A stretch of DNA of 64,000 nucleotides, taken from the NCBI GenBank assembly GCA_028534125.1, contig CM052817.1, forward strand, positions 39,062,001 to 39,126,000, read 5' to 3'. The DNA is from Lama glama. Its lineage: Eukaryota. Positions 1-12,335 of this stretch are shown here, piece after piece. The position numbers and the translations under genes are program-made. The notes under the pieces are model-generated. The model saw only the letters and a program-made list of their open reading frames with translations. It was not told where the DNA came from and searched no databases. The stretch's first letter is position 1. Every line of letters starts with the position of its first letter.

Positions 1-324
1 TTTTGCTGATGCAGGATCTCTCCCATGCTAATGTGAGGCTAAGCTTAGGAAAAATCTCTTTTATTCTTTGATTTAAAGTTGCCTTTGAATTTAATGGCTA
101 GTGATTTGGACTGAGTGCAAAATAGCTGAAGATACTCCTGGAGAAGCTTTCAAAGTCTCAGAGGGTCCGAAGTCAGAGGACAGTAGTTATTTGGCAGCAA
201 TGAATATTTTTGCTTCTTGGAAGAAATGCTTCAAGTTACCTCAAAGAGATGATCATAGCACAGGTGTGGCTTAAGTTAAAAATCACAAGCAGCGATTTTC
301 TGTGACCATCTTAATATTTTTAAA

Positions 325-530
325 AAATGGTATTTGCCTATTATGTGCCAAGTTGCCATGACAAGTGCGCTACCTGCAGATCCCTTTCAATTCCCAAAAT
401 GATTTTGTGACATGTTCTCGTGACCACCTCTCTTTCAGATGGGAAGACACTGAATGAATGGAAGAGCGTGGATCATAATCCAGGCAGCCTCACTGAGAGT
501 CTGTGCTCTCAGGTCTACACTAGGCTGACC
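325..530 (-). mobile_element. MIR SINE, degenerate
   Basis: Reverse MIR motifs: ttatgtgcca, ttcagatggga, aatccaggcagcct...gagtctgtgctct. Confidence 0.7.
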
Positions 531-620
531 TTCTAAATGCAGAAGGAAGTGTGAGGAAGTAGCATTTGGGTGTTTACCAGGTATGGTCTCTCTCTCCCCT
601 TTAGGAGTCTCAGATCAAAG

Positions 621-850
621 CATAGCTCAGAGAATAAAATCTCTGGAGACAGAGATTCCTGGGTTCAAATTCTAGCTTCCCATTTCCTGGCTATTACTGT
701 TTCCCCAGTTGTAAAATAGATATTATAAAAATAATATCAGTTTTCGGTTTTTCTTTTTTACGATTAAGTGAGGTAATGAATGGAAAGTGCTTAGCAGTAT
801 TTCTAGCACATAGTAAATTCTTAATAGATTTAGCCCATGATTTATTATTG
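621..850 (+). mobile_element. MIR SINE
   Basis: ctctggagacagagattcctgggttcaaattctagc at the 5' end, core gtaaaatag, and 3' end aaagtgcttagcagta...gcacatagtaa. Confidence 0.8.
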
Positions 851-1149
851 ATTTTGATGAATGCACACCAATGACAAACATAAGAAAGAATGCCAGAGAT
901 AGTCCCACAGTAGGTTCTTTCAAAGCTAGCGTTGGACAGGACATTTAATGAAAGCTCACTCATTATACCATTTTGGGGGTTTATTATTTTATAAAAGTGC
1001 TATATGGCCCCTGCTGGGAGGATTTGAACATCTAAATGATATAATGGCCTTTTATCCACTGAGTAATACAGGAAGTCATAAAACTTCACTGAGAGAAATA
1101 AATGGGGAAAAAGGAAAAGCTTCAGCAGAGTAGAAAGCTAACTGATATG

Positions 1150-2015
1150 TGTAGAAGGAGTGAGGGAGTTAGAGAATGACCACTTGGCAAATGTCATGGC
1201 GATATTGCTCCCTGCAAGAATCATCAATAAATGTTAAAACTAGTTGGTAAAAATTTGATGAAGAACAGGATTTTTATGTAGTCCCATAGTATCTTTCTGC
1301 AAAACATTTATTAATTACAAAGGGAAAATAGGAACTTTTTAGTGGAGCAACTAAGTGATGAAAGTTAATATCACAGCAATGGTGCAGACCAATATATTCT
1401 TCTTAATCTGACGCTCTGAAATGGACATAACACCACCGATGTGTTAATACTGCCAGAAATTGTGTAACCTTAGTGTAATCGTGAGGAATTCTCAGATAAA
1501 ACCAAATTGAAGGGCTTCTTCAAAATAACTTGACTAGTTAAAAAAAAATGGTCAAGATAATGAAAGAGAAACGTAGACTGAGGAACCATTCCAGATATTA
1601 ATGAGACTAAAGAGACATGGCAACTAAGTGCAATGTGTAATACCTGATCAGAGATTTTTTTTTTCCCTATAAAGAACATTACAGGGATGACTTTTGCAGA
1701 TTAAATAATAGCATTGAGTCAGTGTTACTCTCTGGATTTTGATCATTGATTATGGTAGAAAATGTCTTTGTTCTCAGGAAGTACATACCAATGTGTTTAT
1801 TGGTGAAAAGGGATCATGTCTGCAACTTACTCGCAGATGCTTCAGAAAAAGTACGCCCCTCCCACATCCATACACAAAATGGCAAAACAAATGTGGTGAC
1901 ATGCTGACAGTTGGTGAATATGGGTGAAGGGTGTATGGAATTTCTTTGTATTGTTCCTAAACTTCAAATTATTTCAAGCTTATCAGTTAATTTGAAATTA
2001 TTTCAGAATAAAAGC
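1150..2015 (+). mobile_element. Old L1 3' UTR (L1MC-like)
   Basis: L1MC-type 3' motifs (gaggaaccattccagatattaatgagactaaagagacatggcaactaagtgcaatgtg; atgtctgcaacttactc), ending in aataaaa. Confidence 0.75.
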
Positions 2016-2129
2016 ACAGAGATGCTGAAGTAGAATCGAACTTCAAGATGTGGGCTGTACTCACATCTCCAGCCACTCCCCTTCTTCCCTTCTCTCATCT
2101 CTAACTGGAATTGGGTGCATCTCCTGTGG

Positions 2130-2270
2130 TTTCTGCTGTGTGCATGAACTTCTTTCATTGCATTTATCACCCTGTAATCACTTATTTGTCACTTCACTAT
2201 TATATCTTAGCCCAGTGCTTGGCACATAATAAAATACCCAATGACTGTTGTTTCTTGAATGAATGGATGA
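2130..2270 (+). mobile_element. L2 3' end fragment
   Basis: cagtgcttggcacataat...ttgaatgaatggatga, the typical L2 tail. Confidence 0.65.
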
Positions 2271-2890
2271 AATTAAAAGGCCCTTTCTGATAGGAGTTAT
2301 AGGTTTCCTTCCTTAAACTGAGGTATTTATGCCTTAGGAAGGAAAATATGCTTATTCAAATTTGACAAAAATATAATGCAGTTCATTCAAAGAATTAAGT
2401 TTCACAACCTAGGAACCTCGTTTATCTTTCTTAAAAGTATTTTGGGAAGATTCAAGGGGAGTCATTTTCAGAATAATTTTGATCTTAGGATAAGGCCTCT
2501 CTGTAGAAACAGCTTCTTTATGATAAAGATCATGGACTTCTAAATCAAGGCAGCTGCTCTCAGAAAAAGCTTTGACCTCAAGATGTTTTGAGACACTTCA
2601 AGTCTCTGTTTGCATCACATCTGCTAACATTGCATTGGCCAAAAGTCACATGATCAGGTCTGCATTTTCGAACGGTCACTTTTGCCGCTGCATGGCAAAT
2701 GGATTACAGGCATGCAAGACTGGAGGTAGGGAGATTGCAGTCCGCAGAGGCCGTCAGTACCTTTACTGATGGCCTGAATGTGGATAATGGCCATGGGCTT
2801 ACAGAGAAGTTGATGCACCCTAGAAATATTTTGAAGTAGAGTAAGTGACACAATGGTTTAATAACTGATTGGTTACTGATTGGAAGATGG

Positions 2891-3991
2891 CAGTGGTGTC
2901 CTGATAAATGTTTAACAAATGACTCTCCAGGAGAAAAAAAAGCCTCAGTTTTATCATTTGCCAATTTCAATGGTGCAAATACTCCCATCATGGCCAGTTT
3001 CTTTCTTTTTTTCTTAATTCTCAACTTTAATTTTTTTCCAGATTTATTGAAATATAATTGACATATTATTTAAGTTAAAGGCATACAATGTATTGATTTG
3101 ATCCATTTATATCTTGCAAAATGATGACTAGCATGGCCTTAGCTAATACTTGCACTTAGTCACATGGTTACCATTTCTTTTTTGTAGTGAGAACATTTAA
3201 GATCTACTCTTTAGCAATTTCAAGCGTATAATACATATTATTACCATAATCCCCATGCTGTTCATTAGATCCCCAGAACTTGTTAATTTTATAAATGGAA
3301 GTTTGTGCCCTTTGACCAGTATTTCCCTCCACCCTCCTGCTCCTGGTAACCACGAGTATACTCTCTTCCTCTTTTTTAGTTTGGCTCTTTTAGATTGCAC
3401 ATATTAGTGATACAATACAATACAATATTTGCCTTTCTCTGTCTGACTTATTTCACTTAGCATAATGCCTTCAGGGTTCATCCAAATTGCCAAAAATGGC
3501 AGGATTTCTTTCTTTCTCATGGTTGAATAATATTCCATTGTATATGTACACTACATCTTTATTTATTCATCTGTTTATGGACATTTAGGTTCTTCCCATA
3601 TTTTGGCTACTATAAATAATACTACAGTGATCATGGGGTACAGATACCTCTTTGAGACTCTTTTTTCATTTCCTTTGGATGTATACCCAGAAGTGGGATG
3701 TATACGCAGAAGTGGGATTGCTGGATCATGTGGTATTCTATTTTTAATTCTTTGAAGAACATCCATACTGTTTTTCTTAGGGGCTGTACTAATTTACACT
3801 CCCACTAATAGTGCACAAGAGTCCACTTTTCTCCACATCTTTGCTAACACTTGTTATCTCTTGTCTTTTTGATGCCAGTCACCAGGGCCACTTTCAAGTT
3901 ACCAATATGACATTGCAGAATGAGGAGTTGGAGTGAGATTTGCACAAGTGCTTTTTGCAAGTTGATGGGAACTGGCCTCAGCTCACCACAG
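2891..3991 (-). mobile_element. MER63-like hAT element split by an L1 (pieces 2891-3001 and about 3880-3991)
   Basis: Terminus cagtggtgtcctgataaatgtttaacaa. The internal sequence aatactcccatcatggccagtttc resumes after the L1 as ggccactttcaagttaccaa...gagttgg...ctcaccacag. Confidence 0.75.
3002..3879 (-). mobile_element. 5'-truncated L1 (L1MA9-like 3' end)
   Basis: T-rich tail at the left. ORF2 C-terminal remnant (RIPHDPAIPLL). TSD catcatggccagtttc (2986-3001) / caccagggccactttc (3880-3895), 13/16 identical. Confidence 0.9.
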
Positions 3992-4014
3992 GAATGGAGG
4001 ACTCTATCATGGCG

Positions 4015-4320
4015 TTTAGGTTTCTAGTTTGAACAAATGAGTGGATGTAAAGCCATTTGCTGAGAGGGTGACACTTTTTTGAGAAGCAAATTTGAAAGGG
4101 ACAATGATATATTGTCCCCTTATGCAGGATTCTTGGATACAATGTTTAGGACATGTTGTATCCAAGTTATAATGGTCTATGGGAATTGGTTAAATGGATC
4201 TTGAGCTTAGGAGAAAGTTCCAGGACAGAGCTTAGAGTCATTGGAGTATTGGTGGTGTTTGAAACCATGAAACTGGATGAGACTTTCTGGACAGTAAGAT
4301 TGAGTGTGTAAGGAGAATAA
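4015..4320 (-). mobile_element. L2 fragment
   Basis: aggtttctagtttgaacaaatgagtggatg...tttaggacatgttg...tttgaaaccatgaaactggatgaga. Confidence 0.7.
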
Positions 4321-5718
4321 ATTTGGGGATTTCTTTGTCCAAATGAGTTGCCAACTAGATGCATTCTGTCCTGTTTTTCCTCCATTTTATCCCTTGAGGA
4401 TTATTTACAAGAGAAACAGGTTGTGGGACTACAGGTCCAGCCTTCCAAACTAGGGCTGTGTGTCTGCTCTGATTTTGGTTTTAGGAAAAGTAATATTTAC
4501 TGTGAAAAGTATATGGGATTCTGGAATGCTATTCTGTTTCTTGTTTTCAGATTGAAGGGTGTCAAGATCAGGTAAAAAAAGACCAGAGCTTTTAAAATTT
4601 TACTACATTTTAGAAGAGGCAAGCTGTTTTTACTGAGTAGGTGGAAAAAATTACACAAGAAAACGGAATGATCCCCACCGTGGTATAAAAATCACTGTCA
4701 CCAAGAACATAATGACAGCCTGGCTCAGCAAGAACATCCTGGGCCAATACAAATACCATCATTGCCTTGCCTTTTTTCCCAACTGTAGGAGGAACTGAGG
4801 CAAGAAGTTCATATTATGCAAAAAGGAAAACTCTGTTTTTACTCATCCAGAAATAGTTATGATGCTAGACACAATTAAGGTGTTTTAACTTCCATCAGTT
4901 AAAAATTCCAAATCCTTTTCCTTGCTCCACATCGACTTGCTTCCCATTACAGTGCCCTTCAGACATTTTTGGTAAGGGGAGGTTGATCTGGAGACTCATT
5001 TAGAGTTTAGTGCAATACATGCTGAGGTTCAGAGTAGCTTCCATATAGTCATCACTCGGCAGCCCTGGGACAGGAGAGTCTTCCAGGGCTACTCTTGTAG
5101 CGTGGTGCGTGGATATCCTGTGTGCAAGGCCAGAGATCATACCTCAGCGTGAACATGTCCCAGAGCCCCTGACTCTGGAAATATGTGAGTAGTGGAGGAG
5201 AAAGAAGGATTAAAATATGCAGAGCTGGAGGCGAGTCTATAGAAAATCCTTCCAATTGTCAATCATGTAAAAATTCTAAGTGGCAAATTTGGTTCTCATC
5301 AAAGTGGAAGTTCTCTTTTGTCAGAAATATATGCAATTAAACAATGTTTACAGTGATAAACCCGCCATGTTATATATTTTGTCCTTTTTGATGTGAATTG
5401 TGAAAAATAGTATTTCTCAGAATTTGTGTGTTACTCAGACATAAAGTGTAGCGGAACTGCAAATAGCAGGGACCACTCAGAGAATAGCCTGTTTTATGCA
5501 CCTCCATTGATTGGATCATGCCTTAGCATGTGTCACATATGTTGTTCTGGCAGTCGGTTGATTCCAGGTTAAATGGTACACAAAATTGCCACCAGTGCAA
5601 TAGCTTGTTACTTTCAAAATATTGTCTCAGAAGAAAATATGTAGTTTTTAAAAACAGAGGTCCAGCAGATTTTACTAGTGTGATTCCTAGATATTTTATA
5701 CTCTGGGTACCGTGTATG

Positions 5719-6119
5719 TGTTGGTTTGTAAACTGGCCCCAGTACACAGAAGGCAAGGAGAGACCGAAGAAAGAGGCAGCCACTCCAGATTGGAAGGTGG
5801 CAGGTTCAACAAACAAGGGAGCTTACACAGGAGGCTTGTCTTGGGTGGCCCCAAGTCAAGTAAGTCACCACACCTGCCCAATGGAATCTTCAAAGTTTAT
5901 ATAGAGACCTTAAATGGTTTCCATCATCACATATACCATCCAGATGATCTCAACACCACAGTGCTGTCTCAAGGCTGTGTCCTTGAAAACGGCTTGCACT
6001 GTGGGAACGGTGGGCGGAACTACATTCCAAGGACGGGGAGGGGGCTAGGAGCCTGGGACTGCCTGGTCCAGCTTGTAGGTCAATGGGAGGTCCCGTCCTC
6101 TGGATAACCTCCATCAACA
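5719..6119 (-). mobile_element. Solo LTR, 401 bp, with 5-bp TSD (ERVL-class TSD length), inserted in an old L1 fragment
   Basis: Termini TGTTG...CAACA. Exact TSD gtatg at 5714-5718 and 6120-6124. TATA-like tatataaa on the minus strand near 5900. Confidence 0.85.
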
Positions 6120-6689
6120 GTATGTTAACTTCTCCCCATTGTATTTACTGGCTGTTTATCGGTAGTACATAGGCTATACTTATTTAAAAAAAGTCTAACT
6201 ACTTTACCGAACTCTCATACTGATGTATCATTTTTTTCGGTTGGTTTTCTTAGGTTTTGTAAGTATTCACACTACTGTTACTTGTAAATAGCAATAATTT
6301 TGCTTCCCACCCCTGACTTTCCAATAGTTATAGTACTTATTTCTCTTTCAGACACAACTCAATTATTTGTGGTGACAAGGAATAGAATTTGTATGGCTAA
6401 AAGAAATAGATAATTAAAATCTAAAACTCATTTTGGCCTAATATTTAAAGCTCTTCTACCAAAATCTTTTGTAATAAATAAACAAGCAATTAATTTTGTC
6501 TGTGTTTCACCCCAATTCTTTTTCTCAGCCTAGGATAGGACTTTTCTTTAGAGTTTTGAACAGAAGAGGTAGAGAGTTGTGATCAAATTCATTTGGAGAT
6601 AAACAGAATTGGCTGTGCAGTGACACTGTTTTTACCTTTCCTGTAGCCCATGAATGTTCCTTGCTGTATTGGAGTTATTTGTGAATATG

Positions 6690-6800
6690 TCTTCTCTTTC
6701 TTGCTGGACTGTAAGATTTCTAAAGGTTGGATTTATATCAGGTGCATCTTGTATTTCCTGCTATGTCTAGTACGGTGTTTTCTGCAAATCATGGGTTTAC
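6690..6800 (+). mobile_element. L2 3' fragment
   Basis: ctggactgtaagatttctaaagg...gtatttcctgctatgtctagtacggtg. Confidence 0.55.
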
Positions 6801-7906
6801 TGAAGGGGCTTTGTTTTCTTCCAGCTACTGCCATTCATCATGTTTTTCCTTCCCTGCCCCTTGACATTTTGGGTAGGTCTCATAGCTTTTTTGTTTTTTT
6901 TAATTATAAGAACACTAATTTTTAGTAATCTGGATATTTTTCAGCTATTAAAAAGTCCGGTCTGGTATATTCAAAAACTTGTATTTCACATCCAGTCCCA
7001 GGCTTGCCTGCCTCTCCTAGCTCAGGTCTGGCTTGTGGCACAGGAGCCTGAGTGAGGAAGAGGGACTGGCATATGACTTCACTTTTCCTCCTGGCTCTCT
7101 CACACCTCTGTCTCTAATCCCGGTGCTTCTGCTACTTTCAGGGTCGGATAGGGGAGGAAGGAAGAAAGATAAAGGGAGCAGAGGTGTGGATAAGAGGCCG
7201 GTGGTATGATTCTGCCATGGTGCCCTGTAGTGCCAGGAACCCACTTGCTGGGGCTCTCAAAGGGGGCATTTACGGGCTCTTTAGAACCCTTCTGTGGGGA
7301 TCTGCCCATTTCCTTGATGGGAACCATGTACTTTCAGGCATATCTCTGGTGACTTTCCTTTCACTTCCTGCTCTTAAATTCAGCTCCTGCAGCAGACATT
7401 TACTTCTGAGATCTGCTCACTCCAGGAGGCCATGCTTGAACCCAGTTTCATTTGACAGCATCCACCTGGCTCATGTAAAACCCTAGGAGTGTAGTTTGCC
7501 CAATTGCTGCTTTTTCCCCTTTCCTTGCCATAGTTGGCATATGTAGACTGCTTTCTGTCTTCCAAATTCACCAGGTAAGAAGCAGATACCAGTCTCTAAA
7601 TTCATGATTCCTTAAGGATTCCTCAGGCTCTAGGAGACATTCTGATTTCTCCTGGGCCTTCTCTTGGTCCTGTGGCAACCCTGGGGTTAAAAATTTTGTA
7701 GCCTGGTAAACGTCTCTTGGGGGAATTGAGAGTAGGTTCTAGTGATAGGGTTTGATAGCGCTAGTTGCTAGGCGTTTAGCAAGACTGGCCTTGAGGTGAT
7801 TATTTCCTCTTTTTAGATTGTGAGGGTACTTATTGCCTATTTTTTTAGCTTTGGGATTTCAGCTAAGATTTCATGACTGCAGAGATTAACTTATTTAATG
7901 TTCTCT

Positions 7907-8251
7907 CTTTTTTTGATTTGTAAAACTTATGGTTCATTTCTTTTTTTTTAAATTAAAGTACAGTTGGTTTACAATTTTGTGTTAATTTCTGGTGTATAAG
8001 CATAGTGATTCAGTTATATATATGCACATATATATTGTATATATATGTTCCTTTTCATATTCTTTTTCATTATAGGCTATTACAAGATACTGACTATAGA
8101 TCCCTGTGCTATACGATAGGACCTTGTTGTTTATCTGTTTTATATATAGTAGTTAGTATTTGTAAATCCCAAACTCCTAATTTATCCCTCCACCCTCTAC
8201 GTTTCCCCCAGTAACCATAAGTTTTTCTATGTCTGTGAGTTTGTTTCTGTT
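7907..8251 (-). mobile_element. Short 5'-truncated artiodactyl-type L1 3' end
   Basis: agtacagttggtttacaattttgtgttaatttctggtgta...ccctgtgctatacgataggacc. Exact 13-bp TSD tttaatgttctct at 7894-7906 and 8252-8264. Confidence 0.9.
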
Positions 8252-8463
8252 TTTAATGTTCTCTAATATACAGTATCCACCAATCAATATTTGTCATTTA
8301 ATTATTGACTGTGAGTCTGTTTATGGACAAATTATGGTAGTATCTAAATTAAAACTAAAGTTATGCTTTCTTTGATATGTCTAGAGACTTGTGCACTCCT
8401 CATTTTTATTAGAACAGAAAACCTTAAGTGATTCCTTAAGGGATTTCAGTTCTGTCCTAAGAA

Positions 8464-8794
8464 TATTAAAAGGTAAACTGAGGCATATTAACATTTTTTT
8501 TTTTCAAGAGTTAATTTGAACATACATTGATGCGGAGTTTCAGTGCCAAACCAAAGGTGAGTTAGAAGCTCACCACTGATAGGAGCTGGGGAAGTGAAGC
8601 AAGAAAATTATTTGTTTGTCTGTAGATGCTTTATTTGGGAAAGCCTCGTTGGCTGTTTGTCATTGGTTGCTCTGAAGTTTCATTTTCTCAAATTCAAATG
8701 TGTTGACGCAGCTTAGGTTTTGGTCTGCTCACATAGACCACTAGGCACTACAGCCACTCCAGGCCAGTGGCCTCCTTGTTTCATTACTTTTACA
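8464..8794 (-). mobile_element. Solo LTR, ERV1 (MER4-group-like)
   Basis: aggtaaactgaggcatatt...gagttaatttgaac motif. Ends in ttttaca. 4-bp TSD agaa at 8460-8463 and 8795-8798. The left terminus is TA rather than TG. Confidence 0.7.
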
Positions 8795-10044
8795 AGAAAT
8801 TCTGTACATGTGAAAACAAGCATAGAACAAAGCTCCACCTAGAGTCTCATGGTCTGCATATACTAAGTGAGTTGCTACCACCTTACTGCCTCAACAAAGT
8901 TTGATTCAAGTGCTTACTTTAGCAAAATTTAAAATTATTACACACTTTAGACTTGTGACAGTTCTAAAAAACAGTTAAAATCACAAATATCAAATTCACT
9001 AATGCTAAAGTAAATTTTATTTGGTAAGTCTTTTTATTAACCTTGTATTATAAAAACATAAAAAATGTTTGATCTGAATTTGTAATTCCTCTAAAAGACA
9101 GTGTAGTGCACCATTCATCACAATATAATTTGCAGTGTTTAGAATAAAATATATCTGCTATAATTAAAATAAACTGCTCCTCAAACAATCCTATATTCTA
9201 TCTTAATATGAATAGCCAATTGGTCAAAAGTTAATATGTAAGGAAATGCATATGATTTTGAAAGGTTGTTAGCAATGAATCCAAGGAAATGTTAGACAGA
9301 ATAATCTTGTGAAGGAAACATTTAGATTTAGCTTTTTAACATTCATCAAATCATATTAAATTGTCTATTAAGTTGTCATGGGCTCTATGGATTTTCCTGC
9401 CCCTTGGGGCCTTCAGGCCATATACTATATGTATTTTTGTGTCTAAAACTATTGCTTTTTAAAGTAGCTCAAAATTCAGTCATTTTATCCATGGGAACTT
9501 TACCTATGGATAACTCCCAATAGTCATTAAGACAAGAAAACTTCCAAATATGCTAGAAAAGAAGGATCTTATGAATCAGATCCAATCCTTAAGGAAGGTT
9601 TCACTTTCCAGGCCAATTATTCAACAAATTCAACAAGTAGTATGTTAGTTGAGTGCCTATAAATGTTAGTGTTTTTATCAATTCCTAGGACAAAGCATGT
9701 ATATAATCTTGACTCACTGCTGGGATTATCATATTTTATAATTTAGAAGGAGGCCTTTTTTAGCCTTACATGTTGATTTTCCAAAATTATCCACCTATCA
9801 CTCAGCATTTCCATTGGCCTGACCGATATTCCCAGTTTTTCTTGCAAAAATAGAGAACCACCATTGCCTCCTTAGTCGTTCTCTCACTTCCTTTTCAGTA
9901 TCACTTTCTTAGACTCTCAATTTTATTGCCTTTCAATTATTACTAAATGAACAACAAGTGAAAACAGAAAAGTTAAGACTTTAGTTTTGATCCTGATGAC
10001 CGTGTACTCTAACCACTAGGAGGAGCTGCACATTCCCATCAATT

Positions 10045-10118
10045 ACACACACACACACACATATACACACATACACACACACATACACACACATAGGCAC
10101 ACACACACACACACACAC
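10045..10118. repeat. (CA)n microsatellite with TA interruptions
   Basis: Read directly. Confidence 0.95.
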
Positions 10119-10867
10119 ATCAAAAGAAACACAGTTAAATGGAATTTTTAGTAGGAAAGAAGAAAGTATTGCAAATAAAATTACATGCAGGCTGTGCACT
10201 CTCCTTGGACCTTTCTTTGAAGTTCTCTTTTCTCTTGGCCCCATGAAACTTGTGGGTTAAGATAGAGCTTCTAGGTATCTTCCACTTGGGGGAAGGCTAA
10301 GCTGAGCCAGGCTGGGGCTCAAGGAGAAGGAAACGTTGGGAAGAAGCTTAGGAGGTTTCCACACTAGGCCTTTGGAAGAAGGGTTGGTGCTGTATTGTTT
10401 ACCTACCTTCTCATAATGTTACGCCTGGGTGACCAAGATCAGCTATGGGGTATGGGCGAAACTGGGCAAGAGGATGGCTCTTTGTTCTGTTTCTAGTTAA
10501 GTCTTAAGCTAAAATAGCAGAATGAATCCACAGGCTCCTACATGGTCTAGCCCAGTTCATCATAGTAAGAGCACAGAAGGCTTTGGTCCAAGGGCCTAGC
10601 TATTAGTAAATATTATGCATGTACTTAGATCATCCTTTGTTCTTTACACGTCTTCTCAGTTTACTGCAGTGGGAAATAACTGTTAAGTCCTGGAGGGTTC
10701 TAGACTATTAATTAGGAGACCCAGATAACAGAGCTCCTTTACATTTGATTGAGTGATGATTGATGTTCAGTCATATAGGTGTCTATGCATAGTTGGTCTA
10801 GTTTGTGTTGGCAATATGATGTCAGGACTTAAAACGGATTAAAAAGCTCATAATAAACAATAATATT

Positions 10868-11015
10868 GGGGAGGGTATAGCTCAGTGGTAGAATGCTTGC
10901 TTAGCATGCACAAGGTCCTGGGTTCAATCCCCAGTACCTCCATTAAACAAATAAATAAATGAACATAATTACCTGCCCCTACTAAAAAAAGAACATTAAA
11001 AAGAAGTTTAAAAAA
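10868..11015 (+). mobile_element. Camelid tRNA-derived SINE (Vic-1 type)
   Basis: ggggagggtatagctcagtggtaga (A box)...gggttcaatccccagtacctcca (B box), followed by a (TAAA)n/A-rich tail. Confidence 0.9.
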
Positions 11016-11039
11016 TGCCCAACAAACATGTAACTATTA

Positions 11040-12335
11040 AACCCTGGATCTTGCTCCTTTATTATTTATTCTAATTGCAAAGGTAAAAATACATGGTAAA
11101 AATAATTTAGACAATTTAGAAATGTTTTAACAAAGTAAGTGACTACCATAATTTTAATTTTCATAGTTAAAGATAATCATTGTCCACAATTTCATATCTG
11201 TGTGTACATATACATACCTATACACACATATGTTAAATATACAACAATATCAAGAATATATCTTAAACATCTTTTCATATCAGAACTCATAGACTTTTTC
11301 ATATCAGTACACATTCTAACAACTGCTGAGTATTCGATTATGTCTAATTAATTCCTATTCCTAATACTAATACCATTCATTGGTTTTAAACCTTTTTATT
11401 ACAAATTTCGCTGTCTTGAATGTTGTTGCTTCTATATGTATACACACATCTTTAAGTATACTTATGTGATCAGCTATTAGAAGAAAAAGCACTGGAGGGG
11501 GGTGTCAGAGGGTTAGCACATTTAAGACTTTAATAGATTTTTATCAAATTTTTTTCCAAAAGGAAATGTAAAAATGTATACTTTTCTGATATCATGTGAA
11601 CATTTCCCCATACCCATGAACATTTTAAAACTTAAAATCTTTTAAAGTATTTTAAATAAAATATTATTTGTTTTAATTTATATTTTAAATAAGATTGAGC
11701 TTTGCTAATTGACTATTTGTAGTTCTTCTTTGAGTTTTCAGATCACTCCTTTGACCATTTTCTTTTCTTTTCTTTTCTTTTTTTTACTGAAGTACTGTCA
11801 GTTACAATGTGTCAATTTCTGGTGTTACAGCAAAATGTCCCAGTCATACATATACATGCATATATTGGTTTTCATATTTTTTTCATTAAAGATTATTACA
11901 AGATATTGAACATAGTTCCCTGTGCTATACTGCAGGAATTTTTTTGAAATCTATTTTTATATATAGTTCCTTTACCCATTTTCTTATACTTTGTTTTACC
12001 TTATTTTTGTTGCTTTGTAAGAACTTTTTGTGAATTACGAAGTTTACTTTCTGATATGTGTATTACTTTTTTTTTTTCAGTTTGTCATTTATCTTTTGGC
12101 TTTGTTTATTTGCTCTTGTTGTTATTTTGCTGTCAATTTAAATGTTTTACTCTGTTCTTAAATCTTTTATGATTTTTTATGATAAATATGTTAGTCTTTG
12201 ATTATTTCTAGTTTTCATAATAAAATGTGTAAACAGAAGCTTCCCTGTCACCCTAAGATTATTAAAAAAACTCACTGATATTTTATCCCAGTACTTTCAT
12301 AACTTCATATTTTTACATTTCTACCTTTGATTCAG
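11040..12335 (-). mobile_element. Ancient L1 (L1ME-like) fragments
   Basis: T-rich, degenerate antisense L1 3' end and ORF2 pattern; interrupted at 11765-11967. Confidence 0.55.
11765..11967 (-). mobile_element. Short L1 3' end nested in old L1
   Basis: ctgaagtactgtcagttacaatgtgtcaatttctggtg...gttccctgtgctatac. TSD tcctttgaccattttctt (11747-11764) / tcctttacccattttctt (11968-11985). Confidence 0.85.

Noticed and set aside
5523..6107. Overlapping ORFs of 97-131 aa
   Set aside because: They run across a solo LTR and its junction and show no gag, pol or env similarity.
10868..10942. tRNA-Ala-like gene (also 54413-54490 on the minus strand)
   Set aside because: Both have SINE tails and the second has a TSD, so they are tRNA-derived SINEs rather than tRNA genes.
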